From NCBI GenBank assembly GCA_973895155.1, contig OZ316896.1, positions 3,100,001 through 3,164,000 on the forward strand: DNA of 64,000 nucleotides, given 5' to 3'. This document shows positions 48,807 to 61,160 of this stretch, piece after piece. The stretch comes from Marsupella aquatica. Lineage: Eukaryota > Plantae > Marchantiophyta. A model generated the notes under the pieces. The model worked only from the letters and a program-made list of their open reading frames with translations. It was not told where the DNA came from and made no database searches. Position numbers and translations under genes: made by a program. How positions within the stretch are numbered: the first letter of the stretch is position 1; every line of letters starts with the position of its first letter.

Positions 48807-51800
48807 CTACGAAGGCAAAGACTGTAAAGCTAGCATCTCTACGAATCTAGCAAATTTAAGCCCTTGGAGGGGCTTTGTGAAACCATCTGCGGGCATAAGA
48901 GCAGTAGATAGGTATTTCATCTCAATCACACCATCTTTGACTTGCTCACGAATGTAATGCCACTGAACTCCAATGTGCTTAGTGCGGAAATGATGCTCGG
49001 GATTGTATGTGAGAGAAATAGCTGGTTGGTTGTCACCATAGAGAATAACACGCTGGGCATCAGCCAGAGTATAACGTAAGTCGAAAAGTAACTGGCGCAG
49101 CCACACCGCTTCTTTACAAGCCAGAGAATAAGCTAAGTATTCAGATTCAGTAGAACTCGTTGCAGTTATCGGTTGCTTTCGAGATTTCCAAGAAATAGAG
49201 CCATCGCCAAGTTTAAAAAGATAGCCGCTAGTGGATTTTCGATCTGAGATATTGTCTGCAAAAGAAGCGTCGGAAAATCCAGAAAATCCCAAAGAATGGA
49301 TCTCCAAACCAGAAAAATCGTGGATACCAAAAGTGAGGCCCAGCTGTCGAGTGGTATTGAGATATCGAAAAACTGATCGAAGTGCACTTTCATGAGTCAA
49401 ATCCGGATTATGAGCAAATTGCCCAAGCTTGGAACACCGTTCAGCAATGTCGGGACGAGTCCAGACTGCAAGATAAAGCAAGGAGCCAATCATAGATTGA
49501 TAGCGTTGCCTATCATTATCAGTTGCTTGAGATGTGGATGGAGATCATCAGTACCTGTGCTTGGAGAAGTAAGAGGTAAACTAGAATCAAGATGAAATCG
49601 TTGCAGGATCTTAAGAGTGTAAGGCGCTTGACCCAAATGTAGAGTGCCATGGGAACGATCTCGGGTAATGGTCATGCCCAGATAATCAGATAACTCACCA
49701 AGGTCTCTGAGTTCATAACGAGCAGTGAGCTTGTCACGAATGTTATGGATTCCAGATAAGGTTGGTGAGACAAAAATTAAATCATCAACCCAAAGGACGA
49801 TTAGCTCCCCAACAGAATTTTGTAGGACACAGGGATCAGAAGGAAGTGGTATGAAACCAAAAGTAGCGGCATATTCCACAATCTCATGATACCACATTCG
49901 AGCAGATTGTCGAAGACCGTAAAGAGCTTGAATAAGTAGCCATACAAGCATGGCACCATTAGCATCATATGTCTCGTATCCAGGTGGAGGCCTGACGTAT
50001 ATTGGTGTCGGTGACTTCAGTAAGGCATAGATAAAAGCCGTGACTACGTCAAAGCTATGAGCCTCATAATTATGCATGGTGACTAGTGCCAGAATAGTGC
50101 GGAAAGTCTCAGGCCGGACAACAGATGCAAAAGTAGAATCGTAATCAATTCCAGGACGGTGCTTATCCCCTCGAACAACAAAACGTGCTTTGTAAAGTCC
50201 GTCACGCTTAAGATTATAGACCCATCGGGATGGTAACAGACGAGCACCAGCAGGTAGTGGTACTAGATGAGCCACTTTGAGTTTGTGGAGCTGATTGATT
50301 TCTCGTAATTCAGCTTCTCTCCAGTGAGCAGCATCGGGCCTTGCCATAGCTTGAGTGTGAGTGTTGGGAACATCTGAGGGAAAAGTGGAAAACAATGCAC
50401 TATGATAAGAGTAAAGGAGAGTTGGCGGAGTGTTTATAAGGAGGTGTTGATGTAGAAGTAACTGAGAAGGCTGAGAGATAACAGATGTATCTCGAAAACG
50501 AACAGGAGGAACACCTTTATTGGATCGAGAAGAAACACGGGTGATCACGGGAGTGGCCTGCAAATCTGCATGTAGTTCCTCAAGTGGCGGAGTACCAAGA
50601 GGAGGAGGAATAATGGGAAGAAGTGATTGGTGAGGTGTTCCAATGTCAGGATTATCAGACGGACGAATAAGTCGGGGAACAAAAGAAGGGACAAAAATCT
50701 CCACATAATCAGGGGAAGAAGAAACTGTAGACTTAGGAATTTGAAAACACGAATCACGCTCAGATGTTTCATCAAAATGCACATAAGCGGATTGAATAAT
50801 GGAGGAATTATGTGGAAACCAGATACACAAATTTTGACCCGTGGCATAACCAACGAAGTAACCTTTTTTGGCCCGAGCAATAAATTTGTCACCACGGAGA
50901 CGAGTCTCAAGAGGAATATGAACATAGGCAAGGGCACCAAAAACATGAAGCCGGTCAAAACGGAAAACGTAAGGAAGGTGTAAAACGGTAGCAAGGCGAG
51001 AAGCAGGAGGCTCAGATAGAGGATTAACAGAAGTAGGTGAGTGATTAGCAAGGTATGTTGCCGTCAGAAACGCTTCTGGCCAAAGTAATTTGGGAAGATG
51101 AGAGTCAATCATCATGGCTCGGGCCTTAGCAGAAATAACTCCAATGGCGCGTTCAGCAATCCCGTTCTGTTCGTGATGATAGGGAGCAGAGTTGAAAATG
51201 TGTACGCCTTGGTGTTCCAAAAAATCCTTTAGCTGATTGCCGCCAAATTCAAGACCATTATCAAGATGGACTTCAAGAATAGAAGATTTGTATTGAGTAG
51301 TTACCATTTGAAAAAACTTTTGAATCAGCGCCAATGCCTCATTCTTGTAAGTCAAAGTCGTGGTCCACCGGTTACGAGAGAAATCATCAGTAATGACAAG
51401 AAAATAATGCTTGTCACCAATGCCAGGAGTAGAAATTTTGCCGCAAAGATCGAAATGAACCTTTTGAAACGGGGCTGTAGCACGAGCGTGTGGAAATCAT
51501 GAAATAATCCGAGTAGACTTGGCCAAAGCACATACTTCACAGTGTCGAAATGGAGTAGAATCAGAAAGTGTAATATGAAGACGTTGAAGAAGAGTATGAA
51601 TGGCAGCCGGATGAAGGTGTGCCAATCTTCGATGCCAAATATTGATATCATCAGACTGTGAATGAGAAGACATTGCCAACTGAGTAACTGGTAAAATCGT
51701 GAAAGTCTTCAGGCCATTATGTTTCTTGATGGTAGCAAATTCATCACCGGTAGGAGAGTGAATGAACTTCTGAAGTTCACCGTTCCAAAAAATACAGCAT

Positions 51801-53074
51801 TGCTCAAGCAGATCTTCAGAAATGGTGTTAAGAAAACTGGATGGCATGTATCGAACATTACTAAGTTCTGTTTCCTTGGAAGAACCATCAGATTGCTGTA
51901 TTTGAAGGACGACTGAGCCTCGACCAGGGGAAATAGTAGATCCTGAACCGGTATTGATTGGAAGGGGATCAGGAGTGTACGTAGTGAAACTGGCGCAATT
52001 GTTACAAAAATGATGACTAGCGCCCGAATCAGCAATCCAAACGTCAAGATGGAGACCAGGGGTTAACTGATGATTAAATGCAACATGGAGGTTGCCAGAG
52101 AAAAGATCCACAGTCTCTTCATCATGAAGATGTGTCGGAGTATTAGTAGAGACAGAAGGAACGGAGGAAGAGGCAACACTGAGTATAGAATGATTAGCAG
52201 GGTCACGGGTCTGTAATCGTTTTAAAATGCTGGGATGAGGTTGCCAGCCTTCAGGCCTGATATGTGTGTGTTTGTAAAAACAACGATCATCTCTATGACC
52301 AGGAATGCTATAGAAAATACAGGTATCACGTTTCAAAGGTTTCTTGGAAGATGAGGATACGGTAGGTGACGGAGAAACAACTGGAGGATTAGGAAATGAA
52401 GAAGTAGTCTGGAGTTGGAAAACAGAAGAGGATAATGCATTGTCCTGTTCCAAATTCAATCGCCAACATTCATCCGTAAGGTCACGAATAAGAGCAGCAA
52501 GAGATGGAAGTGTCTTCGGTGAAGTGCGCATCTGCTCCCGCTTAGAGAAAGACCAGTTTGAAAAGTGACCTTCTACATTGCTTATAAAATGTAAAGGTTT
52601 GATGTCATCATCAAGCTTAATACCGACACTCTGAACACGCTCCAATGTTGATCGATACGTATTGCAGTATTCTTCTATCGGTTCTCCATTATAAAGCATT
52701 CTAGCATAATGTGCCCAAACGTCAAATTTCTGGATAATTCCTTCAGAAGCGAAGGCATCAGCCAGGTTAGTCCAGCATTCCTAAGCAGTTGTAGCATGAT
52801 CGAGGGAGAACTGAATGCTTTCAGAACAAGTGGAAAGAATTATATTCCTGGCCTGCGCTTCCTTAAAATCATGAGTATCAAGTCGTTCTTGGAAAACATA
52901 ATCAAGTTCGGCAGGGCGTTGGATAGGAGCAATGGCAGTGCCATCGATGTATTTCCAGACACCGGATGCACGAATAGTTGCACTGATGTTACGTTTCCAA
53001 GATTTGTAGTTAGAACTACCTAGAAGGTGGGGGACCAAATGAATGTTGTAGCCTCCCGTGAAATTGGAAGGCAT
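48807..53074 (-). pseudogene. Copia gag-pol split by stops/frameshifts
   Basis: gag LLGSSNYKSW; PR WIADSGASHH; IN HRRLAH..CEVC, DNGLEF, QNGIAER; RT YKARFVVRG, ALYGLRQS, LWVDDL; RH FSDASFA, YGDNQ, RTKHI. Spread over several frames. Confidence 0.93.
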
Positions 53075-53217
53075 GGTGTATGAAAATAGTGACGCAAAAC
53101 TAGATCCAGATGCAGAAAAAACTAGCGGAAACCAGCAAGAACTACTGCTTAGTGACAGGAAATCACTCTGACTAGAATGCACGGATTAGTCGTGAAAGAG
53201 TGTTGTAGACTTCAACT

Positions 53218-53228
53218 GGCCCATAACC
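53218..53228 (-). promoter_or_regulatory. Primer-binding site of the half-tRNA(iMet) type
   Basis: Minus strand reads GGTTATGGGCC directly after the 5' LTR, as in Drosophila copia-type half-tRNA priming. Confidence 0.8.
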
Positions 53229-53485
53229 TGTGATTGACAGTCGTGATCGACAGGAAAAACTCTTGCACAAAAGATGGAATGAAAATAATGCGTACTGCTT
53301 TCATTCAAGAGAGAGAACAAATAGATGTCAAAATGGACATCAAGATTTTTTCCCCGGAAAAGGCAGAAGGGGAAAAGTAAAAAACTCCAGGTGAAAAGCC
53401 AGTGGGGGCGCGCCTGGGGTAGCGTAGAGTCTAAACTAAAACAGGTGTCAAGATAACAGGAGATCGACAAAAGAGGTAAACGACA
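53229..53485 (-). repeat. 5' LTR (257 bp)
   Basis: TG..CA ends; adjacent to the PBS. Confidence 0.95.
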
Positions 53486-54729
53486 AATGCCACTGTCCTC
53501 TTGCTTCCATAATTATTTGGGCGGTGACATTCATTCGTGCTGAGGGTACAGCAGTGTGATCGTGGATTGGAGAACTCAAGGCTAGCTTCCAGCGAGCTTG
53601 CCTGGCTAGCCATCAAACCCTTTACATCTTCCAGTTTCTGTGATTGAGAAGCTAGGCTGCTGCGATCCGAGTTATTGGGTTTCATAAAAAATGTAAAACA
53701 TATGCCGCAAAGGCTCATCAAAGGCTACCTCATCAATTACTGATATCGTCAGGAATCTCGATCACCTCCGCGTCGTCCATGAAACAGTTGAATGTGTGGT
53801 ACCGTGATAGAGTGATTAAAGTGGAAATGCATGAAACAGTCAGTGCCACAAATTCGTCCAGATTGACTTCTTTTCAGATCGCAGTGGGGTCGATCTGGCC
53901 TTGATTCCAGATGGGGTCCAGATGGGAGAATTATACAACCTGAAAACGTGCTGGACTTTTAGAATTACCACCATGAATATAACTTTGCAAAGACATTTAC
54001 TCCTCCTGCCGCCTGCTTTGGAAGCTTCCTCACAGCGTTCGGGTCAAGTTGTTCTTTGCGGATTGTTGGGGTCTCGGTAATTCTGACATATACTATGTAT
54101 GACACCCCTGCAAAGTGTGATAACCCTAGTTTTTTTTCTTTCAATCAATGAATAGAGCCACATTTTGATGTTCAATGAATGCAACACATTTTGATGTGTG
54201 ATTACCAGAGGGGGGATTGTTGACTTCTTTTCTAAGCTTCCTCAAACTTTAATCTGAACAAGGTAGAAAACTTTACGCATTATGAAAAGTTATGTCCTTC
54301 TACAGTACGTAATGTAGTTACGCCCGATAACGATTAAATTAACGACACGGAGCCAGGGACAAACAATGGGAATCAGAAATCTCTCAAGTGGAGCAGCATG
54401 TTCCAATTTGAGATCCTCTATGCAAAGACCGTTTCAATGATTCTCCTAGCTACACACGTAACAGTTTCCGTGCAGGTGTGGGAAAGTTACAGGTTAAGTG
54501 TTCAGCCCATGGGCTTTCCTGGTAACTGAAGTTTAACTCCCTAACTTTTACGGCAGTTCCTGTAATATTGGAGGTATGGGAGGGCCTTATCTTGTTAACT
54601 CCAGCCTTTGAGATGCTTTAATGATAACATTTTCATATCAGGATCATTCTACTCCCCCATGCTACTTTTACCTTGCAACCATTTATTAGTGCAAGTTCCA
54701 ACTCATAACATTTTCACAACCACAACGGT

Positions 54730-55215
54730 TTAAACAGGAACTTTCATTGAAAGCAAAACCCTGAACTATCCTACTCATATGCTAGTGGGCCACTTGCTGG
54801 TCTTTTCTGCAGATAACATTTTCATAGTAACAACACTTTGAACAAGCACTTTCTTTTGAAGGCAAAACCCTGAACTATCCTATTCATCTGCTAGTGGGTA
54901 TGTTTTTCTTATACGTTTGTCAAAACTTAGAAGAGAATGTACTCAAGTGCCCTTTCTAATGACAAGACGGTTTTGTATTATTATCTTTAGACCTGACACA
55001 CTCTGGCTTACATTTTAGCTTCTAATGTAAAGCAATTTCTCCCCACTCATTTTGCTTTGGATGGAATCAAAGACAATGTCAAAAACTTAGAAGAGAATGT
55101 ACTCAAGTGCCCTTTCCAAATAGGGTTTTGTATTATTATCTTTAGACCTGACACATTTTGGCTTACATTTTAGCTTCTAATGTAAAGCAATTTCTCTACA
55201 CTCATTTTGCTTTGT
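54730..55215. repeat. Two adjacent local tandem duplications
   Basis: GCAAAACCCTGAACTATCCTA x2 (54753, 54862); AAAACTTAGAAGAGAATGTACTCAAGTGCCCTTTC..CTCATTTTGCTTTG x2 (54922, 55082). Confidence 0.8.
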
Positions 55216-55669
55216 ATGGACTTTAAATTGCCAAACTAGATTCCATGAATGCCTCTATTTCCGGCATCTAGACAAATTAAACCCTCCACAAATCCTCCAC
55301 TACTGACAACAAGTACTACAATAGGTTGTCTCAAAATACGGATGGAACAAGTTACAAGTTGGCCGTAAGGACTGAGTTACGGGAACAACCATACAACTTT
55401 GGTCATAAGGTCTGGTCAAAAGATGTTTTATGGGTAAACTGGTGTCCAGTAACTTTTCCTTAGTGCAAGTTTTCCTTACTGCCTCGCTTTGAGATGCCCT
55501 AGTAGTGGGTGCAATTTCAAGGTTGCACTAAAATTGATAAGGTGTACTATTTAAAAGTTCTGAAGGCATCCAATCGGAAGGTAAAAGAGCAGTGTAATAT
55601 TTAATTTAACATTTTTCCTTATTATCCAGAGTAGCTACTAAATGTCAGGTGTGCAAAGGAGAAGAGGTA

Positions 55670-55865
55670 AACCAACTGACTTTGGTCAGTTGGCCAGAGG
55701 ATGAGCTTAGAACCGACAGGTCCCAGGTTCAATACTCCCTCCACACGCAAGGGGTGTGGAGGGTATGTGTGTGTGTGGTGTAGTGGTGGGAGTATTGATT
55801 GTCTCCTCAGCCCCTGGCGGACTCTTTTGGGGTTCTGGTTTAATATTCTCTCCCCTCCTGGTCCT
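55670..55865 (+). mobile_element. tRNA-derived SINE-like repeat, copy 1
   Basis: A-box-like TGGTCAGTTGG and B-box-like GGTTCAATAC; homologous copy at 61161. Confidence 0.55.
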
Positions 55866-55970
55866 GCCCCTCTTGGATCACTGGGTATTGTCCCCTTGTG
55901 GGGTTCTGGTTTAATATTCTCTCACTCCTGGTCCTGGTCCCTGTTGGATCACTGGGTATTCACTGGGTAT

Positions 55971-56170
55971 TGTCCCCTTGTGGGTACCCTATATAGAAAT
56001 GCATGCTCCAAAGCAGGAAGTATATCCTCTCTTGGATGTCCCCTTGTGGGTACCCTATATAGAAATGCATGCTCCAAAGCAGGAAGTATATCCTCTCTTG
56101 GATGTCCCCTTGTGGGTACCCTATATAGAAATGCATGCTCCAAAACAGGAAGTATATCCTCTCTTGGATG
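55971..56170. repeat. 66-bp tandem repeat x3
   Basis: TGTCCCCTTGTGGGTACCCTATATAGAAATGCATGCTCC..CTCTTGGA repeated three times. Confidence 0.95.
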
Positions 56171-57394
56171 GGCCTGCTTTAAGTTTTCAAGGCAAAAAAA
56201 CAACAAAAGAAAACAAGTAAGGTCTTCCCCTAGATTTGAGGAGGGCCATGATTGCATTGGGGCCAATGGAGCCTTTGACTAGGTGCATGGGAAAGTGGTG
56301 AATGGTACATTAAAAAATAGAGAATCTTCGCAAGAAGGGCCAAAAGATTTTTTGGAGTGGTGGAGTCTACCGAAAATTCGTCACGAAGAAAAAAGGGGAC
56401 TACAGTAGTACAGTAGTAAGAGCTGCTTCGGAAATTGCTTGCGGGAATCAAGACCTCCTTCGTTACGGCTGTCATGGATCCACGTTTCACTCTTTATTGC
56501 CTACTAGGAATATTTCCACTGGGTAGTCGTTTCCAGGAAGAAAGAAAGAAGTCAAAGAAGTCAAAGAAGTCAAAGAACTGTACGCGTACATCCCAGTCAA
56601 CTTGTTAAACTGTAGGAGAAACGAGGGCTGATCGAGGGGGGAGGGATCACCTGAGCCGAGATTGTCCGGACAGATTGGTTCTGAGTGTCTTTGACAGAGT
56701 GCCGTGATTCTCGAATCGATCATGCCGAAGGGAGTACTGAAATTGGTTGCCATTGTCTTTGACAGGATGCCGTGATTATGTCCATCTGAAATTGTTCTGG
56801 CCGGTGGTTTCATTGCTGGGACTGAGGAGTCGAGCAGTAGTTGGAGTCTGAGGATGTGACTGTTCCTGCTTCCGTAATTACTTCGTGTGAGATTTGTTCG
56901 TTCTGAGGCTACAGCAGTGTGATGGTGGATCGAGTGGAGAACTCAAGGCTAGCTACCAGCGAGCTTGCTAGCCATCGAGCCCTTTACTGCTTCCAATTTC
57001 TGTGATTAGGGAGATAGCTTCTCTGCAGGCTGCTGCGCTCCGCCTCCATCCAATCTCACTTGAAAGAGAATGGTGGTGATCTCTCTCGACAGAAATCATT
57101 CAGACATCTGCCTCGGGGACAGTCTTCATGATTCTAGATAGCTGAATTTGTATGTCTGGCAGATTCATCGATGTGGAGTGGCGTGTGTGGGCGAATTGGG
57201 TTCGAATTGCTGGGGCCGCTAGTCTAATTCCCCTTGGTTTCGATTGACCATTGCATGTGTGAGGGAGCAGGTGCGACAGACACCTTTTTTGTACTTTCTT
57301 CCTTCTTTGATTATAGCAGCAGACGGGAGGTAGGCACCCAAAGCCAAGAGGACACCATAGACACGGTACACGCTCTGTACTTATCCAGCACACC

Positions 57395-58894
57395 ATGGAC
57401 TTGGACAGTTTTGAGAAGGCGATCCTGGTTGTAGGGTCTGATCAAGAATATAAAACATATGCCGCAAAGGCTCTCGCCCTGCACCCTAAACCAGTATCTC
57501 AAACTTTGGGCGGGGAAATCTATGGCAGGAGTTTACGAGAGGCAAGCTCAGTTGTCAACACCACACCCTTGGAGATCAACAAAAAGACGAAATTCAGAGA
57601 GATCGTTGTGAACACCTCACCGTTCCCCGAACCGTTCCAGGAGGAGCAGGGAATTCATGATGTGCATGAACACATGAGAGAATTTGCACCTTGGTGGATC
57701 CGCTGGAATAGCTTACAGGAGCTAGATGGCAAACAAATGGCTGTGGTATGTGTGATTAATGCAGCTCTGCCCGGCCAGTCCTCTGGAACCCATTTGCCAG
57801 ATTGGTTGGGTCTGCTGCGTTACATCTTCCATCCGGCCAGAGTACCGATTACGTTTCTAGTGTTCAAGCCTCACGGCAGCGCTGACACCATGGAAAAGGA
57901 AAGAGCCCGGGAAATAGTACTACAGAACCTTGCAAAACAACGATTTCGAAATCTGAGCGATGTGATGCTGCAATATGGGGCACTAGGAGTTGGGGCCAAG
58001 CTGGAAATTCCTACGATGAGGTTTTTCGATTATTCCGAAGTGGTCCGATTGCATGGACCTTGGGCCCCTGTCAAAGTGATTTTGTTCGGGCGGACGGGCA
58101 GTGGGAAGTCGACTCTCGCTCAAATGCTTACCAAGGGAAGCCTTGATCCTGGGGCTGCAACATTTGCGGCCTCCTCAAGTGCGAGAGGGAAAACTGATCG
58201 AGTGGAGCATGGCTTTAATGCGAAGTGGTTAGTGGTTGATACGCCCGGTCTAGGAGAGTCTAGAGACGAACTTGCCACCATAGATACAAGCACTGCTGTG
58301 ATGAAGATCTATCAAGACATCGAGAAAAATCACGGAGTTTTCACTCATTACATTTACGTGTGCAAGCAAGATCGCCACGATATGTTAGAAGAAGATACCT
58401 GGAACTTATTTCTGCGGCTTTTCGGTGAAAAGATCGCAAAAAATTTCACTGTAGTGATTACCGATTCAACCCCACAGTGGATAGAGAAGCACGTGGAGCA
58501 ATTGCGGAAGCAGTTCAAACTCTGCAATCATTTTCTGAGCGTCCAATTTCCCCCAGTGGATGCGACAGACGAAGAGTTGGAGGAGGAGAACCAGGAGGGG
58601 CGATTGACATCTCTCAGGGAGCTCGAGGACGCTTTTACGAAACAGAACCGAAATGAGGTATTTGGCAAATACGGAGGGACTTCGAAGACGGCTCTGGGTA
58701 TCGAAATAGCACATATCCGTAACGTTAAGAATTGCGAGACGACTTTCACAGGCAGAGCTGTAGCATCAACGGCCAAACGAGTGTTGAAAATTAGTGGTTA
58801 TGGACTGCAAGTTTGGCAAGACTTGCGAGAGGAATCTCATACCGAGAGAGCTCGTAAAGACATTCTGGGACAGGAGTCGAATTTTGATTACTAA
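57395..58894 (+). CDS. AIG1/GIMAP-like GTPase with an N-terminal pseudoGTPase domain (copy D, 499 aa; close paralog of copy A)
   Basis: Same motifs as copy A, with long identical stretches such as FEKAILVVGSDQEYKTYAAKALAL and GPWAPVKVILFGRTGSGKSTLAQMLTKG. Confidence 0.9.
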   Translation: MDLDSFEKAILVVGSDQEYKTYAAKALALHPKPVSQTLGGEIYGRSLREASSVVNTTPLEINKKTKFREIVVNTSPFPEPFQEEQGIHDVHEHMREFAPWWIRWNSLQELDGKQMAVVCVINAALPGQSSGTHLPDWLGLLRYIFHPARVPITFLVFKPHGSADTMEKERAREIVLQNLAKQRFRNLSDVMLQYGALGVGAKLEIPTMRFFDYSEVVRLHGPWAPVKVILFGRTGSGKSTLAQMLTKGSLDPGAATFAASSSARGKTDRVEHGFNAKWLVVDTPGLGESRDELATIDTSTAVMKIYQDIEKNHGVFTHYIYVCKQDRHDMLEEDTWNLFLRLFGEKIAKNFTVVITDSTPQWIEKHVEQLRKQFKLCNHFLSVQFPPVDATDEELEEENQEGRLTSLRELEDAFTKQNRNEVFGKYGGTSKTALGIEIAHIRNVKNCETTFTGRAVASTAKRVLKISGYGLQVWQDLREESHTERARKDILGQESNFDY

Positions 58895-61160
58895 GCAAAG
58901 GCAACGGCGAGGTGGAATGAGAAGAACCAGGTCTGCCCCTCTTTCAGAAGACCATGTTTTGGTGGAGCAAGCGCACTAGGACTAGCACATATCCTATCTT
59001 AGTAGTGCCAGGAAGTATCAGCATACTTAGGTTAGCACTTGAAATGCCTTACGTTAGCACTCTTGAATGCACTTCGTGAATTTTCTCTCTGTGCCTTTAA
59101 GGGGCATTTGTGTAGAACAATGCCAACTGAAGTGAAGATGTGATTTTTCTCTTTATAATTTTCGGGGCATTCTCCTCCAATTTTACTAAGAAGAAAAATC
59201 TCTTAGGCCTTTTATGATTTCACATGAGTAGAGGTCAAGATGTTTGTGACAGGGCTTTTCAAGAGTTTTTAGCCTCTTTTCGGGAATGCTCCACAACATA
59301 TCATTCTGTAGAGCTACTTGAGGCAGGCTATGATCAGAGATGCCTTGATGGCAAGATCTATTGACACCAATTTCGCCTTTACTCTTGTCTGCAGTCAGCC
59401 AATAGTGAGGATCGTCCAGATTGAAGGGGGTCTGAAGGATGCCATGATTCTTAATACAAGCCCATACTCTGCCCTAACTTGGATTCTCTCAGTTGCCTTT
59501 GTTTGGTTTCTCTGATTACTAGTGCAAATCTCCAGGCGGATGCAACTCAATGGAGGGCTCCCTATACCCAGACTCAGTATGTCTGTCCCTGCTCAAAGTA
59601 GGCATAGTCTAAATATCAAAATTTGTTGCTACCAGAGAAATTACCAAGCCCTGTGTCTCAAACAAAGCATAGTCTAAATATCAACACTTGTTCATACCAG
59701 AAAAAAGGGCCTATGGCTTCCCTCTACTGATTAGGTCATGAAGGGTAGATGGTGGTTACGAATGATAGTTACCCAGATAGTAACTAAGGTGCTTTATAAT
59801 TTCTTTACGTTTGTTTCTGGCTATCTCTTTTTGGTGCGAGTGGGCAAGGTGGTGGATGCCCCAGATATCACACGGAGATTCCCAATCACTCAACTGGAAT
59901 GTCTTTTCATGGAGATTCAAACCTGGAATGAAAGGCCACAATGTTTCATGATACGACAAATGATTGTAGATTAATTATATGTGCATAATTATAGTAAAGT
60001 TCCCTTTCTCAGTTACGAATCACAGCTTCTAAGTAAGTTCACATTCAAGAGAAACTAGATCCGACTGTTGAAAATAATGTTCCTAGTGACTGTCTTGCCT
60101 ATTATCACTAATGTGACTATGTTTGGATTTCTTTCATACTCAGTTTATCGTAAATCTAAAGTAGATCTATTGTTCTTTGCTTGACTTATTTGATCACAAA
60201 ACCAATTGAATAATGTCAGACTTGCTCATTAAGCCTAAACTGCGATTTTCCTATACTCAAGAAGAATCTGAACTCACATCTTCTCATTCCAGCCCTCCCC
60301 AAAAAAACGCTTCTCCAATACTTAGCTGCCAAGACGGACTTCTAAAAGGAATTTGTGCTGTATGTGATCACAAAACTCACTCCTTCACACCTCCTTCAGC
60401 TAAAACTGAAATTCTTCTATATATATACTCAAGAAGAAACTGAATCCATAATCTCCTCTAATCCCCATTCTATTCAAGGGCCACCAGCACAGTAATTTCT
60501 CCAAAATAACACTCAACTGACAAACACAATTGAAGGATAAACAAGTACTCTACCTTGGTGACTGGTATGTCAATAGTTCTCTTCCACTCCAATGCACGGG
60601 AACACTTGGTGTGCTCAGTCCACCGTAGGCAACAGGGATGTTCTCTCCACTAACTAATTAATCTGCAGTCCAGAAAAAACAAATGAGCTTATGCAGTGCT
60701 AGCCCGTGAGTAGGTGATTTATCTTTGAACGTCAAAGAACCAGGCAAAGGACGAGTACAAATTTGGCTCCCTAGGTTGGTGATAGGAAAATGCTATTTTT
60801 CTACTTAGGGTGTAATGAGAGAGCATGCTCTTTGTCCGGGCATGAATAGACACCTGAAAACTAGCTCAAGTGTCAGTTGCATCATTCTTGGCAGCAATAA
60901 TTGGTTCCAATGACAAAGTCATCATCACCTACTGTTGTCATGATTCACAGAAACTTACTAGAGCTCCACTCTTGAGATCAACCTCCTCATCAACTGCCAG
61001 AAGGACGCGTTGTGCAAATGTGGTCCAACTGAGTGAGAAATGACATTGTTGAAACTGAGTCTGCTTTGTATTATTTAGTTTCAATTTTTAATGAAGACAT
61101 GGTTGTGGACAATTTGAGTAAAGACATGTCCAAGCATGTCTTTGAGATGGGCAGCATTCA

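Larger units (their letters stand above)
48462..53485 (-). mobile_element. Ty1/Copia LTR retrotransposon, full-length, young but with a disrupted ORF
   Basis: TG..CA LTRs at 48462-48773 and 53229-53485; 5-bp TSD AATGC (48457-61 and 53486-90); PBS GGTTATGGGCC; PPT GAGGGG near the 3' LTR; gag-PR-IN-RT-RH order. Confidence 0.97.
48350..53717 (+). pseudogene. Relic of a fifth GTPase paralog (leader plus first codons), split by the Copia insertion
   Basis: 48355-48460 aligns with 56775-56855; 53491-53670 aligns with 56860-57040; TAAAACATATGCCGCAAAGGCTC at 53694 equals the 57451 coding sequence (YKTYAAKA). Confidence 0.75.

Noticed and set aside
55701-56282. 193-aa ORF
   Set aside because: It is made of the SINE-like repeat plus the in-frame 66-bp tandem; no evidence of coding function.
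59000-61100. LINE or other TE coding remnants
   Set aside because: Only vague hints (EGGL, WNER); nothing I can support with ordered motifs.
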